Source: Paraspadella gotoi
Lineage: Eukaryota > Animalia > Chaetognatha
Direction: 5' to 3'
DNA: 64,000 nt
Assembly (NCBI GenBank): GCA_051294375.1
Contig: CM119271.1
Location: 2,787,611 to 2,851,610 of the forward strand
Shown in pieces: positions 53,783 to 64,000 of the stretch; position 1 is the stretch's first letter; each line of letters begins with the position of its first letter. The position numbers and the translations under genes were made by a program. The notes below the pieces were generated by a model. It was not told where the DNA came from. It saw nothing but the letters and a program-made list of their open reading frames with translations, and searched no databases.

Positions 53783-55232
53783 TAGGAGCCGACGTCGTTC
53801 TTAGAGATCGAGAAAGATTTTTTCAATGGAGATTTTTGTTCAAATCTGAATACCAAACAATGTAAATGCCCCTGGGAAAAATTCCGGTAAAAAATTGATG
53901 TAAAAACACTCGATTCCGATCCTTTTGCATCGGAAGGGCTCACATTTTTCTTCTCTTGTCTTGTTCCGGTTTTACAAATGACTTCAAAGTCTGGAATCCT
54001 CTGGCAAAGTGTCTGAAGGGCTCTCAAAATTTTTCTTTAATTTATTTAGCTATTTTAATATGATACGATCATGGAAAAGTGAATTAGTCCATTTTGGTGA
54101 AATTTTTATTTGAAGTAAAAGTAAAAGAGGAGCTAACGATTGGAATTCTATGAGTTTTCAACCGGGAGTCAGATTCGGGAAAAATCTTCTATGGAGAAAA
54201 TCTTCCAAAGAAGGGGTGGATTTTCCGAAGATTTTGGTTAATATTTTCTATATTTATGTAGGGTAGTCTGGTTATTTTTTATTTTTATCAAGAAATTTTT
54301 TTTTTCACGTGTTGTCATGTAGCAGACATCGTTAGCTTAGAACATGCGATCCATCGTTTATTTATTTATTTTTTTTTTCTTTGATAACTTCTTTACGCGG
54401 AGCGAATGGACTATATTTTTAACGCGGCTTGTAGAGCGGAGGCCAGGGTGGCGTCGTAATCGAGGCTAGCCACCACGTAAACGTTAACCGAAGAATATCA
54501 ATGTTTACTAAAGCAATGTTTATTTTAAATTCTTAACAGATTATCTTAAAGAGACAAAAGGAAAGGATTTTTATTTCAAGTTTCAAGTCCAAACGCTCCT
54601 TAGGTCGCGTACTAGGAGTCTACGTCGTTCTTAGAAATCGAGGAAGACTTTTTCAATGGAGATTTTCGTTAAAATCTGACTACCAAATAATGTCAACGCC
54701 CCTGGGAAAAATTCAGGTAAAAAATAGATGTAAAAACAGTCGATTCCGATCCTGTTACGTCTGAAGGGCTCGCATTTTTTTTCTCTTGACAAATAACCAT
54801 CATTTTGACATCGAACCATTTAATTCAAATGTACTGGTCCGCTCGGGAAAATATTTTTAACGCAATTTATATATAAAATAAAAGGGATTTCTCAACTTCA
54901 ATACAATTCAAACGCAATTTCAAGGTATGTTTCATTTTACAATAAAACTTCGAATTCAGGAATCCGATAGCAATTATGTCTGAAGGGGCTCTCAAAATTT
55001 TTCTTTTACATCTTATTTGCGTTATTTTATATGATACGATCATGTTAACATGAATTAGTCATTTTGGTTGAAATTTTTATTAAAAAGTAAAAATAAAAGA
55101 GGAAAGCTAAACGATCGGAATTCTAAGAGTTTTCAACCGGGAGTCAGATTGGCGGGAAAAAAATCTTATATGGCGAAAAATCTTCCAAAAGGGTGGCATT
55201 TTCCGCAAGATTTTGGTTAATATTTCTATATT
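53783..55232. repeat. Two diverged direct copies (~53783-54255 and ~54612-55232) of an unclassified repeat
   Basis: Shared CTAGGAG..ACGTCGTTCTTAGA..CCCCTGGGAAAAATT and later blocks. Stop codons interrupt the frames examined in at least one copy. Confidence 0.6.
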
Positions 55233-55367
55233 ATGGTCAGATATTTTTAAACTTAAAATAGCAAATATTGCCATCATTCTACAATTGGCCGTGTCAAAGA
55301 ATTATATTAAAAAACCTCTGAACTTTTTTCTCCGAGCTTAGTCCTACGCGTACAGTTCGAATGCCTT

Positions 55368-55790
55368 CTCTCCTCCGCTCCTACTTCGCTTGCTCTCCTC
55401 TCCTCATCCTCAGGAGCAAGTCCTCCTTTCCGTTACTCCTGCTCTCTCCCCTCCTCAGGCAATCCTCTTCTCCCTCTACTTCGCTGCTCTTCCTCTCCTC
55501 ATCCTGCAGAGACAAGTTCCTCCATTGCTCTCCTCCCGCTCCTACTTCGCTTGCTCTCCTCTCCTCATCCTCAGGAGCAAGTACCCTCCTTCTCTCCTCT
55601 CCGCTCCTACTTCGCTTGCTCTCCCTCCTCATCCTCAGAGCAAGTCCTCCTTCTCTCCCCCGCTCCTACTTCGCTTTCTCTCGCTCTCCTCATCATCAGG
55701 AAGCAATCCTCTTTCTCTCCCCCGCTTCCTACTTTCGCTTGCTCTCCTCTCCCTCATCCCAGACAAGTCCCCTTCTCCTGGTCTTTTGCA
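55368..55790. repeat. Pyrimidine-rich tandem repeat of ~65-85 bp, ~6 units
   Basis: Recurring CCGCTCCTACTTCGCTTGCTCTCCTCTCCTCATCCTCAGGAGCAAGT. Confidence 0.8.
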
Positions 55791-57479
55791 TTGTCCCCTC
55801 TCCTCCCTTACGTTCGACGTTTTTGAGCGAGCGTTTGCTGTTTGTTGTTGTCGTTGTCGTCGATGATATGATACATTAAAATTATTTTATGATAGCATTA
55901 TGACATAAACCAAAAAAATTGTGATAATTTTTTTCTGCAAGGCCTCGTAGACACAGATAAATCTCATATTTACATTTGTAATAATTGGACTAATAAATTT
56001 TGATATATTCTGTCTATAACTACTCAATTTTGATCTTCAGTATCATAAATATTGACGAAAATAATTTTTTTAAATTAATTTATTTTTAATTTTTTTGTCA
56101 GAATTGATTTTTTTCCATTAATTCAAATAAATATACAGCGGTCATGCACTGATTCCGATTCTGTTGGGTTTAGCCTATCTTTCAAGCACATAACGAAAAA
56201 AATAACTTGACGTCATAGTAAGAAATAATAGCAATTATTCCAAATTTTTTCTCAAAACTTATCATCATTTTTGTTTCTGACTGTTTTTGCCAAACATGCC
56301 CTTTAAAATTAGAAAAATAAAGATTAGCTAATGAAACTACAAAGTCTTAAGTACATTTCGTTGCCGGAACAAAGAAAATTCATTGATATCATAGTCTCAA
56401 TATGGAGCCTTGAAATACCTCATTTTCTTTGTAATTTACCCCTTTATTGATAAGGGCCTTGTATTATAATAAAAAATGAAAACAATAATTTAACCATACA
56501 GCTACATGCATTAGAGTGTTATTGAAAGATTGTAGATTGGCATTATGCAATGGTTTTAATTTTCACCTGAAGATGACCNNNNNNNNNNNNNNNNNNNNNN
56601 NNNNNNNNNNNNNNNNNNNNNNNNNNNNNNNNNNNNNNNNNNNNNNNNNNNNNNNNNNNNNNNNNNNNNNNNNNNNNNNNNNNNNNNNNNNNNNNNNNNN
56701 NNNNNNNNNNNNNNNNNNNNNNNNNNNNNNNNNNNNNNNNNNNNNNNNNNNNNNNNNNNNNNNNNNNNNNNNNNNNNNNNNNNNNNNNNNNNNNNNNNNN
56801 NNNNNNNNNNNNNNNNNNNNNNNNNNNNNNNNNNNNNNNNNNNNNNNNNNNNNNNNNNNNNNNNNNNNNNNNNNNNNNNNNNNNNNNNNNNNNNNNNNNN
56901 NNNNNNNNNNNNNNNNNNNNNNNNNNNNNNNNNNNNNNNNNNNNNNNNNNNNNNNNNGTCCTGACGTGTTTATAAAAATAAAAACACCTTGACGTTACGC
57001 ATTAAACACTTTTTTATACTAGACATTTTTAGTTTTTCTACATTATATAGCAATAAAATATAAACTAAACTTGCGTCATTTTCAACTTCACCATATTCCA
57101 CCAAACTTTCTTTAGCTAATTAGTACACATATTGAATTATTTATTCACTCTTTGCAATTGTTTAAAGAAATTCTCACCAACCTTTTTCAGTTTTTAAACC
57201 ATTTATTACTGCTTGTACATTGCACAATGTATATTTTTATTGTTATTTAGTCCCTGTTAAAGTCCTATCTCTCTTCTGTCTCTGCTTTCTCTCAACAAAT
57301 CTTCCATCTTCTTTTCAAAAACTCACTCAATCTGTGGTTCAACCTTTACCCCTGTCCTCACCTCTGCACCCACTATTCGGTCTCACCACTTTGTTGGAAA
57401 GCTTTAACTTTCTCCCTCTCTCGTCTCTCTCTCTCTCTCACTCTTCGTTTTGCACAATATTTTGTCTAATTCACAAACA

Positions 57480-57606
57480 CTGAAGGAAGCTGAAAAAACC
57501 AACAGCCGAAACATGTCTGTTTTCCCTAATAAAAACAATTCCGGTTGAAACTTATACAAACTTATGTTTGCGCTGATGAAGCTCGATTGTGAGCCGAAAA
57601 CATGTC
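57480..57606 (+). ncRNA. Two tandem hammerhead-like motifs (57480-57517 degenerate or noisy; 57573-57606)
   Basis: CTGAAGGAAGCTG..CAGCCGAAACATGTC and CTGATGAAGCTC gattgt GAGCCGAAAACATGTC, each followed by AATAAA. Confidence 0.5.
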
Positions 57607-58123
57607 TGCCTCTTTTAAAAATAAAATTCGTTGCAACGAAAAAATCAAACTTTGTTTTGTTACATTAAACAATACAATTTTTTATAAAAAAAATCTCAAA
57701 TTCCTATTTTTGCCCTTTACTTTAACACATTATAATTGTACATTTTAGGTATATTTCATTTATGCTTCATATTTTTTATTTTGTTCTTGTTTTTATTAAC
57801 GTTGTTTTTCGTTTATGCTTTATATTTTTTGTTTTTGTCTTTGTTTTCATATTTTTGGTTTAAAATTTGAATTTTGAACGTTCTTGTATTTGTATTTGTT
57901 CTTGTATTTTATAGTTTCTTATGAATTAGTTCATAATATTTTATTGATGAGTCCATTTAAATGTTTGTGTCTTTTGTTTCTTGATTTTTTTGGTTTAAAA
58001 ATTTGAATTTTGAACGTTCTTGAACGTTATATTTTATAGTTTCTTATGAATTAGTACATAACATTTTATTTATGAGTCCACTTAAACGTTAAATTTAAAT
58101 GTAAAAAAATAATAAAAATGCAA

Positions 58124-58165
<42 letters not shown>

Positions 58166-58410
58166 ATACATGCTATTAAATTAATCCGCGCAATTGCCGG
58201 ATATATAGCAGGTATATTTACAGCAGCAAACTGATGTACATGTGACATTGCCTGCATTATAAGTTATTTTTCCTTTTTTTTAAAATGAATCCACGAAAAT
58301 CTCGGATGTGAATTTGGGATTTTGTATTGTGTATAAACTATCAGTTTCGTTGCGATTTGAATTTAGGAGAAAAACAATTTGTTTTTAACAACGAATTGTA
58401 TTATTGGTAA

Positions 58411-58448
58411 TACATGTTTCGACTCTTGAGTTTTAGAGTCTTCATCAG
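58411..58448 (-). ncRNA. Minimal hammerhead ribozyme motif
   Basis: Reverse complement reads CTGATGA-a-GACTCT aaaactca AGAGTC-GAAAC ATGTA. Stem II sequence differs from the 40122 copy but still pairs. Confidence 0.6.
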
Positions 58449-59309
58449 TCTTCATCAGGATTTTGTATTGAAAAAAATAATAAAAGTTTTTAGAAGGAAA
58501 AAAATAATCAGAATTNNNNNNNNNNNNNNNNNNNNNNNNNTTTAGAAAAAAGGCATTGAGATCGTACAGATTAGAACAAAAGAGACAAAGCTGGAACAGC
58601 TGCTGGAAGGCCGCTGAACAGTCACTGAGAGCCTTGAACTCGTTTTTTCAGAAATTAGAAAAAATACTATATAAATATAATTTAAAGAATAAAAAAAGGC
58701 AAAATATGTTTACAATTGTTTACAATTGGACAATTTTTCCCAAATTTTTTGCCAATCGCAGCTTGTAAAAGATTTAATTTAGTTATTTAGTCATTAAACC
58801 ATTGAAGATTAATGAAGCTTCTCATTAAAAAGTTATTTGAGTTACCATTTTTATTCATAGATTTAAAAAAAAACTTTTTGAATGTTCATCTTCAAATATT
58901 ATTATACTGCCAATATGTAAATGTAGATTAAAGCCATTTCTATTATACTAATTTGGATATTCATAATTCGTAACATATAATTCTCATTGATATTGCAAGC
59001 TAAATCATAATGGACAGTGGGAAATTCAAACCAATAAAATACTTAAATCCAAAATGTAATAAGAAAAAATCAAAGCTATTTCCAAGATGAGAAGCCATAT
59101 CTACAACTTCTATCGATCGCACACTATTGTTTAAAACTTTATGCAAATCAAACATTCAATTTGTATTTAAGAAAAAACGGAAAGTCCAACCAAACCGATA
59201 AAAGCGTAGTAGCTTTTTATTATAAAATAGCATGACGCGACCGACGACGACCATGGACGCACGACAGACGACGACGACGACGACCGATTACCGTCACAAA
59301 GAAGCAAAC

Positions 59310-59665
59310 CTGAAAACATTATAGAGCCTGAACCGGCTTCCCGGTTATGTGCTCCGATAAAAAAGTTTTTCAGACTTTTCCAAGCCACCACCTCTTGCCA
59401 TATCGGCACGCAATCGGCTACTACCGTCTCGTAGCAATCCGGTAAGTTGGGACATGCAAAAACCCTTAACGCAAAATGATAGAGCATATGCTTTTGCGTG
59501 CCAAGAGTTGGATTTCCCGCCTCCTCTGGCTGAACAGGAGGGACGGCATCTATTCATTGGACATGCGAAGCACAGACGGCAAAATCATGGACCACATAGC
59601 AATGTAGATTTGCGTTCGATGGCGTAGAAGGTTCTTTCTTGGTACCTCGATTCCGTTCAGCAATT
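59310..59665 (-). other. Second noisy copy of the APOL-like middle exon (probable assembly duplicate)
   Basis: Colinear with 61721-62030, with many single-base indels. Lies inside the 58630-60200 / 61130-62510 direct duplication. Confidence 0.6.
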
Positions 59666-61720
59666 CTGGTTATGTAAAGATGCCAAATTCATGCAGATGC
59701 TCTTGCTAAAATGCGGTTGAAGATACTCGCAATGCATATTGAGATTGGTTCGACTTACTAAAACATTCATTCCATTCAAATAATTAACCAACGCTATAAC
59801 AAATGCCGGATGCCTGTGATGCTTATTGGGGACGGTTGGCAGTCTAAGCTGGTGGCTTTAGGGTGCTTCCAAACCTCCAGTGGCACAGGTCCGCCACTAA
59901 CTGTGCGCTTACCCTATGATTTGACTCGCTTTGCCAACACAGAGGGAAGTTCATTAGTACGGTGGTTAGTTAATCATTGGTTGGGACGATGGTGTTTACC
60001 CCCTGCTCGCCAGCATTAGATCTGAACCTGATGAAGTCGGCAGCTTCGGCAGCGGTGTGAAGACACTACCTCAAAACGTCTATCTTTCCCCTCCCCTTGT
60101 CACATGTTTCTACCACTCTCCTCTTACTTCTCTCTCCTTACCTTCACCTGACACGCTCAACTCTCACCACGTGTCCTATTTCTTCGATCCATTTGTTGGA
60201 CCTGAACTCGTTTTTTCAGAAAATTAAAAAAATATATATAAATATAATTAGAGATGAAACGAAAAATTCGTTGTAATAGCAATTTTTATTTTATTAATGT
60301 ACAATGTTTCGACTTCTTTTTTGCGAGCTCTTCCTCAGCAAGTGATTACAATGAGTCCATAATATTGTTTAACATAGTTTGAGAGAGAGACAGAAATGAG
60401 AGAGAGAGAGACGTTTCAACAAAGAATTGGAGCAAGAGACTAAGTGTCAGATGTGAGGACAGGTGAAGATGTAGGGAAAGAGTAGAGGTAGAAATGATTT
60501 GTTTGAAATTGTGAAAAAGAAAGATGAGAAGAGAGGAGAGATGAGAAGAGAGAAGACACAGGCATCAATACATTAGGCAATGTACAACAGTGAAGAAATT
60601 TTTTAGAAAAACTAACATATTGAACAAAGTAACTAATAAATAACTTGTTAGTGATTTCATTTTCCTCTTACTAACATCCTCAGCTAACAATTAATTTATA
60701 TTCTTTTGTTTAAATTTTAGTTTTCTATAAAATCTTTTCACTGAGTTGTGACAATTGCCTAAGTGGTTATTGATCCCTGCTGTCTCCTCTCTCCTTCTCT
60801 CGTCTCGTCTCTGGCTCTCTTTGTTCTTTTCCACCAAGTTTCAAAACAATCATCTACTTCTTTTCCCCTACTTTCACCCTGTCCTCACATCTGACGCACT
60901 ATCCTTGCTCAATTCTTGTTGTAAACTCCTCTCCTCTCTCTCTTTCTCTCCTCTCTCTCAAACTGAATGTTTAAAAATTATTGGTCTATTGATTCACTTG
61001 TCTGATGAAGATCGCAAAATAAGACTCGCAAACATGTACATTAATAAAAATAAAATTGCTATTACAACGAATTTTTCGTTTCATCTCATAACTATTCTAA
61101 ATAGCAAAAGAAAGTCAAAATACAATAAATATAATTTAAAGAAATAAAAGAAGGCAAAATATGTTACAATTGTTTTACAATTGGCAAATTTTTCCAATTT
61201 TTTCCAATCGCAGCTTGTAAAAGATTTAATTTATATTTGGTATTAAAATTAAGATATAGCTTCTCATGAAAAAGTTATTTTGAGTTACCATTTTTATTAT
61301 AGATTTAAAAAAAATTTTTGAATTTCAATCTTCAATATTATATACTGCAATATGTAAATTAGATTAAAGCATTTCTATATTACTAATTTGGATATCATAA
61401 TGAGTACTATAATCTCATTTGCATATTGCAGTAAATCATAATGAAGTGGTAAATTCAAACAAAAAATACTTAAAGATCCAAATGTAATAAGAAAAAAATC
61501 AAAGCTATTTCAAGATGAGAAGCCATATCTAACTTTCTATGATCGCACACTTTTGTAAAACTTTATCATAATTCAAAATAATTTGTATTTAAAAAAAAAC
61601 GGAAAGTCCCAACCAAACCGATAAAAGCGTAGTAGTTTTTATATAAAAATAGCATGACGCCGACGACGACGACCATGACGACGACGACGACGACGACGAT
61701 TACGTCACAAAGAAGCAAAC

Positions 61721-62030
61721 CTGAAACATTATAGAGCCTGAACCGGCTTCGCCGGTTATGGCTCGATAAAAAGTTTTTCAGACTTTTCAGCCCCACCTCT
61801 TGCTATCGGCGCAATCGGTCGTAGCAATCCGGTAAAAGTTGGGACAGCAAAAACCTTAAGCAAAATGATAGAGATGCTTTGGTCCAAGAGTTGGATGTCC
61901 TCGCTCCTCGGCGACACAGGAGGGACGCATCTTTTCTTGAATCGAAGCAAGACGGCGAAATCGGCAATAGCAATGTAGATGCGTTCGATGGCGTAGAGCT
62001 TTCTGGTAACCTCGATTCGTTCCAGCAATT
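61721..62030 (-). CDS. Apolipoprotein L-like, middle exon (indel-noisy sequence)
   Basis: ataaccag| gives phase-1 ELLERIEVTRKLYAIERIYIA...; ends TCAG|gtttgc. The apparent frameshifts differ from those in the second copy at 59310-59665, which suggests read errors. Confidence 0.6.
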
Positions 62031-62729
62031 CTGGTTATGTAAAGATGCAAATCATGCAATGCTTGCTAAAATGCTGGTTGGAAGATACGCAATGCATATG
62101 AATTGGTTCGACTACTAAAACATTATCCATTCAATAATTAACCAAGCTATAACAAATGCCGGATTGCCTGTGATGCTTATTGGGACGGGGCATCTAACTG
62201 TTGGCTTTAGGGGCTTCCAAACCTCAGTGGCACAGTCCGCCACTAACGTGGTTACCCTATGATTGACTCGCTTTGCCAACACAGAGGGAAGTCATTAGGA
62301 CGGTGGTTAGAACTCATGGTTGGGATGGTGTGTTCCCCCTCTGAGCCATTAGGATTGACTGAATGAAGTCGGAGTTGGAGCGGTGTGAATACACTACCTC
62401 AAAGCTATCTTTCCCCTCACCATTCACATTTCTACCACTTCCCTCTTCTTCTCTCTCCTTACCTTCACCTGTCCTCAATCTCACCACTGTCCTTTTCTCG
62501 ACCTTTGTTGGAAACTTTATCTCTCTCTCCCTTTTTCTCTCTCTCTCTGTCTCTCTCTCTTTCTCTCTCAATGTCTCTCTCTCCCTCTCTCTTTGACTCA
62601 ATGTTAAGATTTGTCTGATTGTTCACAAAGCCAAAACATGTCCCTATGTAAAAATAAAAATCGTTGTAAATAAACAAATAAACTTTGTTTTTCTCTTAAA
62701 CATAAAAAGTAAAAATTCTTTTTTTTTAC

Positions 62730-62828
62730 CTGTAAGATTTTCAAAATTTGCGCCGGCGTCTTTTAGGGCTTCTTCAAAATTTTTAGAGGAGAATCTTCCA
62801 AGAAGTTTAATGATTCCTGTAGCTCCCA
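62730..62828 (-). CDS. Apolipoprotein L-like, 99-nt exon
   Basis: ctttacag|TGGGAGCT...CTTACAG|gtaaaa, phase 1/1. Encodes VGATGIIKLLGRFSSKNFEEALKDAGANFENLT. Confidence 0.75.
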
Positions 62829-63266
62829 CTGTAAAGCCAAATGTATTTTAGTTATTACTACTGGCTGAAATAAACAAGCTGAAGAGACAGTGATAATTGT
62901 TATTTGTTAGTGACAGAACCGTTCAATATAAGCAGTTCCTGAGCTTCAGATCAGGCTGTAACACCATGTTACAGGCGGGTTAAGCGCCTCGTCCCTCTTA
63001 ACTGCTAGGCGACCACCGGGCTAGAACCACCGGACCTTTGACCTTTGGCTGCTGATGAACGGTTGGTGGATTTTAGTCCACCATAAAGCTATCTTGCTAT
63101 GGTAAGTTATGCTATTGGTAAGTTAAGGCCTTCATTCTTCTTCATTTGCCTCGGCGTGAGTATAAGAACCAGGAGTAATGGAATTAAACCCTAATGAAAT
63201 TTTGTGAAATTCCTCCTCTTAACTTAAATAGCAAGTGATCAAATAACAATCTATCAAATTCCTTAC

Positions 63267-63569
63267 CATTAGTTGCTGCCGCTGCTGCCCCGGTACTCGC
63301 GGCGACGATTTCCATGATGACTCCAACCGGAAACAGAGGTGTGAACAAGAACGCTGCCCCGATGATGGCGGTGGTAGAAGCAATAAGACCAACGGAACTT
63401 CCAACAATATTAGTAATATTCACATTTTTCTTATGCTTCTGCAAATTGTCCACTTGAACTTCGAAAGCCGTTTTTATCTTTCTCACAGCCTCCATTTTCC
63501 AATTGGAAGCTTCTTTATTCAGTTCCGTGGTAATCGATACCAATTCTTGGATTTTTTTAAGTTGAAGAG
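63267..63569 (-). CDS. Apolipoprotein L-like protein, exon (upstream exon probably outside the window)
   Basis: 303 nt, phase 1/1, tttttaaaaag| ... AATG|gtaagg. Encodes VDNLQKHKKNVNITNIVGSSVGLIASTTAIIGAAFLFTPLFPVG...TGAAAAAT, resembling the APOL hydrophobic hairpin (KVHKGTTIANVVSGS...LAPFT). Confidence 0.8.
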
Positions 63570-64000
63570 CTTTTTAAAAAGAAATATGACACAATGAAAA
63601 ATGGCGTCACGTTACTGTTCCGTGCATAAAAATATTTACTGTTCAATATTATTATATTTCTTTTTATTTTTTGAAATGTTATAGTTTCATATGTTGATAT
63701 ACAAAATATCAATGAAAAATATTTTTTTGACTGAATATTAGGCCGGAACAGGTTGAAAACTAGAAGTTCTTTCAAATACATAATGTAAAGGTGACTGTTA
63801 AGAGAATATGAAAATAAAAAATAAATTTTAAAAAATTATTTCATTAATAGCGCACGGAAGCCTTTAAGGGGACCAAGTGAACAGGGGGGTAAAAAAGCTG
63901 AAAACATAACGTTTGACCCTTAACCTAAGCTGGTTCTGATCATAATTTTTTCTTCTATAATCATTTGGGAAAGTAAGTTAAAAAATTCGATAAAATCAGC

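Noticed and set aside
55361-55879. 172-aa Leu/Ser-rich ORF
   Set aside because: Translation of a pyrimidine-rich tandem repeat.

Overview
This is AT-rich, intron-containing animal (probably invertebrate) genomic DNA. It is full of (CT/GA)n and (GTC)n microsatellites and dispersed repeats. Much of the window is indel-rich direct or inverted duplicate sequence abutting 25-N gaps, which looks like long-read gap-filling artefact. Three spliced protein genes can be reconstructed. (1) A BMP3/GDF10-type TGF-beta ligand on +, with five exons from 22390 to 37244; its 5' end was not located. (2) Nested on the same strand in the last BMP3 intron, an unusual ~440-aa protein: N-terminal myristoylation-type motif (MGTSIS), a permuted NlpC/P60 LRAT/PLAAT-like domain (YNHW...NCEH), an AIG1/GIMAP-like P-loop GTPase, and a polybasic CaaX tail (CVIL*). 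Its ORF is interrupted by a wrongly oriented 2.9-kb block. (3) An apolipoprotein-L-like gene on -, with four phase-1 exons from 63569 to 52230. Also present are a 2.56-kb hAT-like element with TIRs and an 8-bp TSD that is absent from the duplicate copy of the locus, Helentron/DINE-like short elements, several minimal hammerhead-ribozyme motifs in a Penelope-like repeat, and minisatellites. All family calls come from motif recognition by eye; no database search was run.
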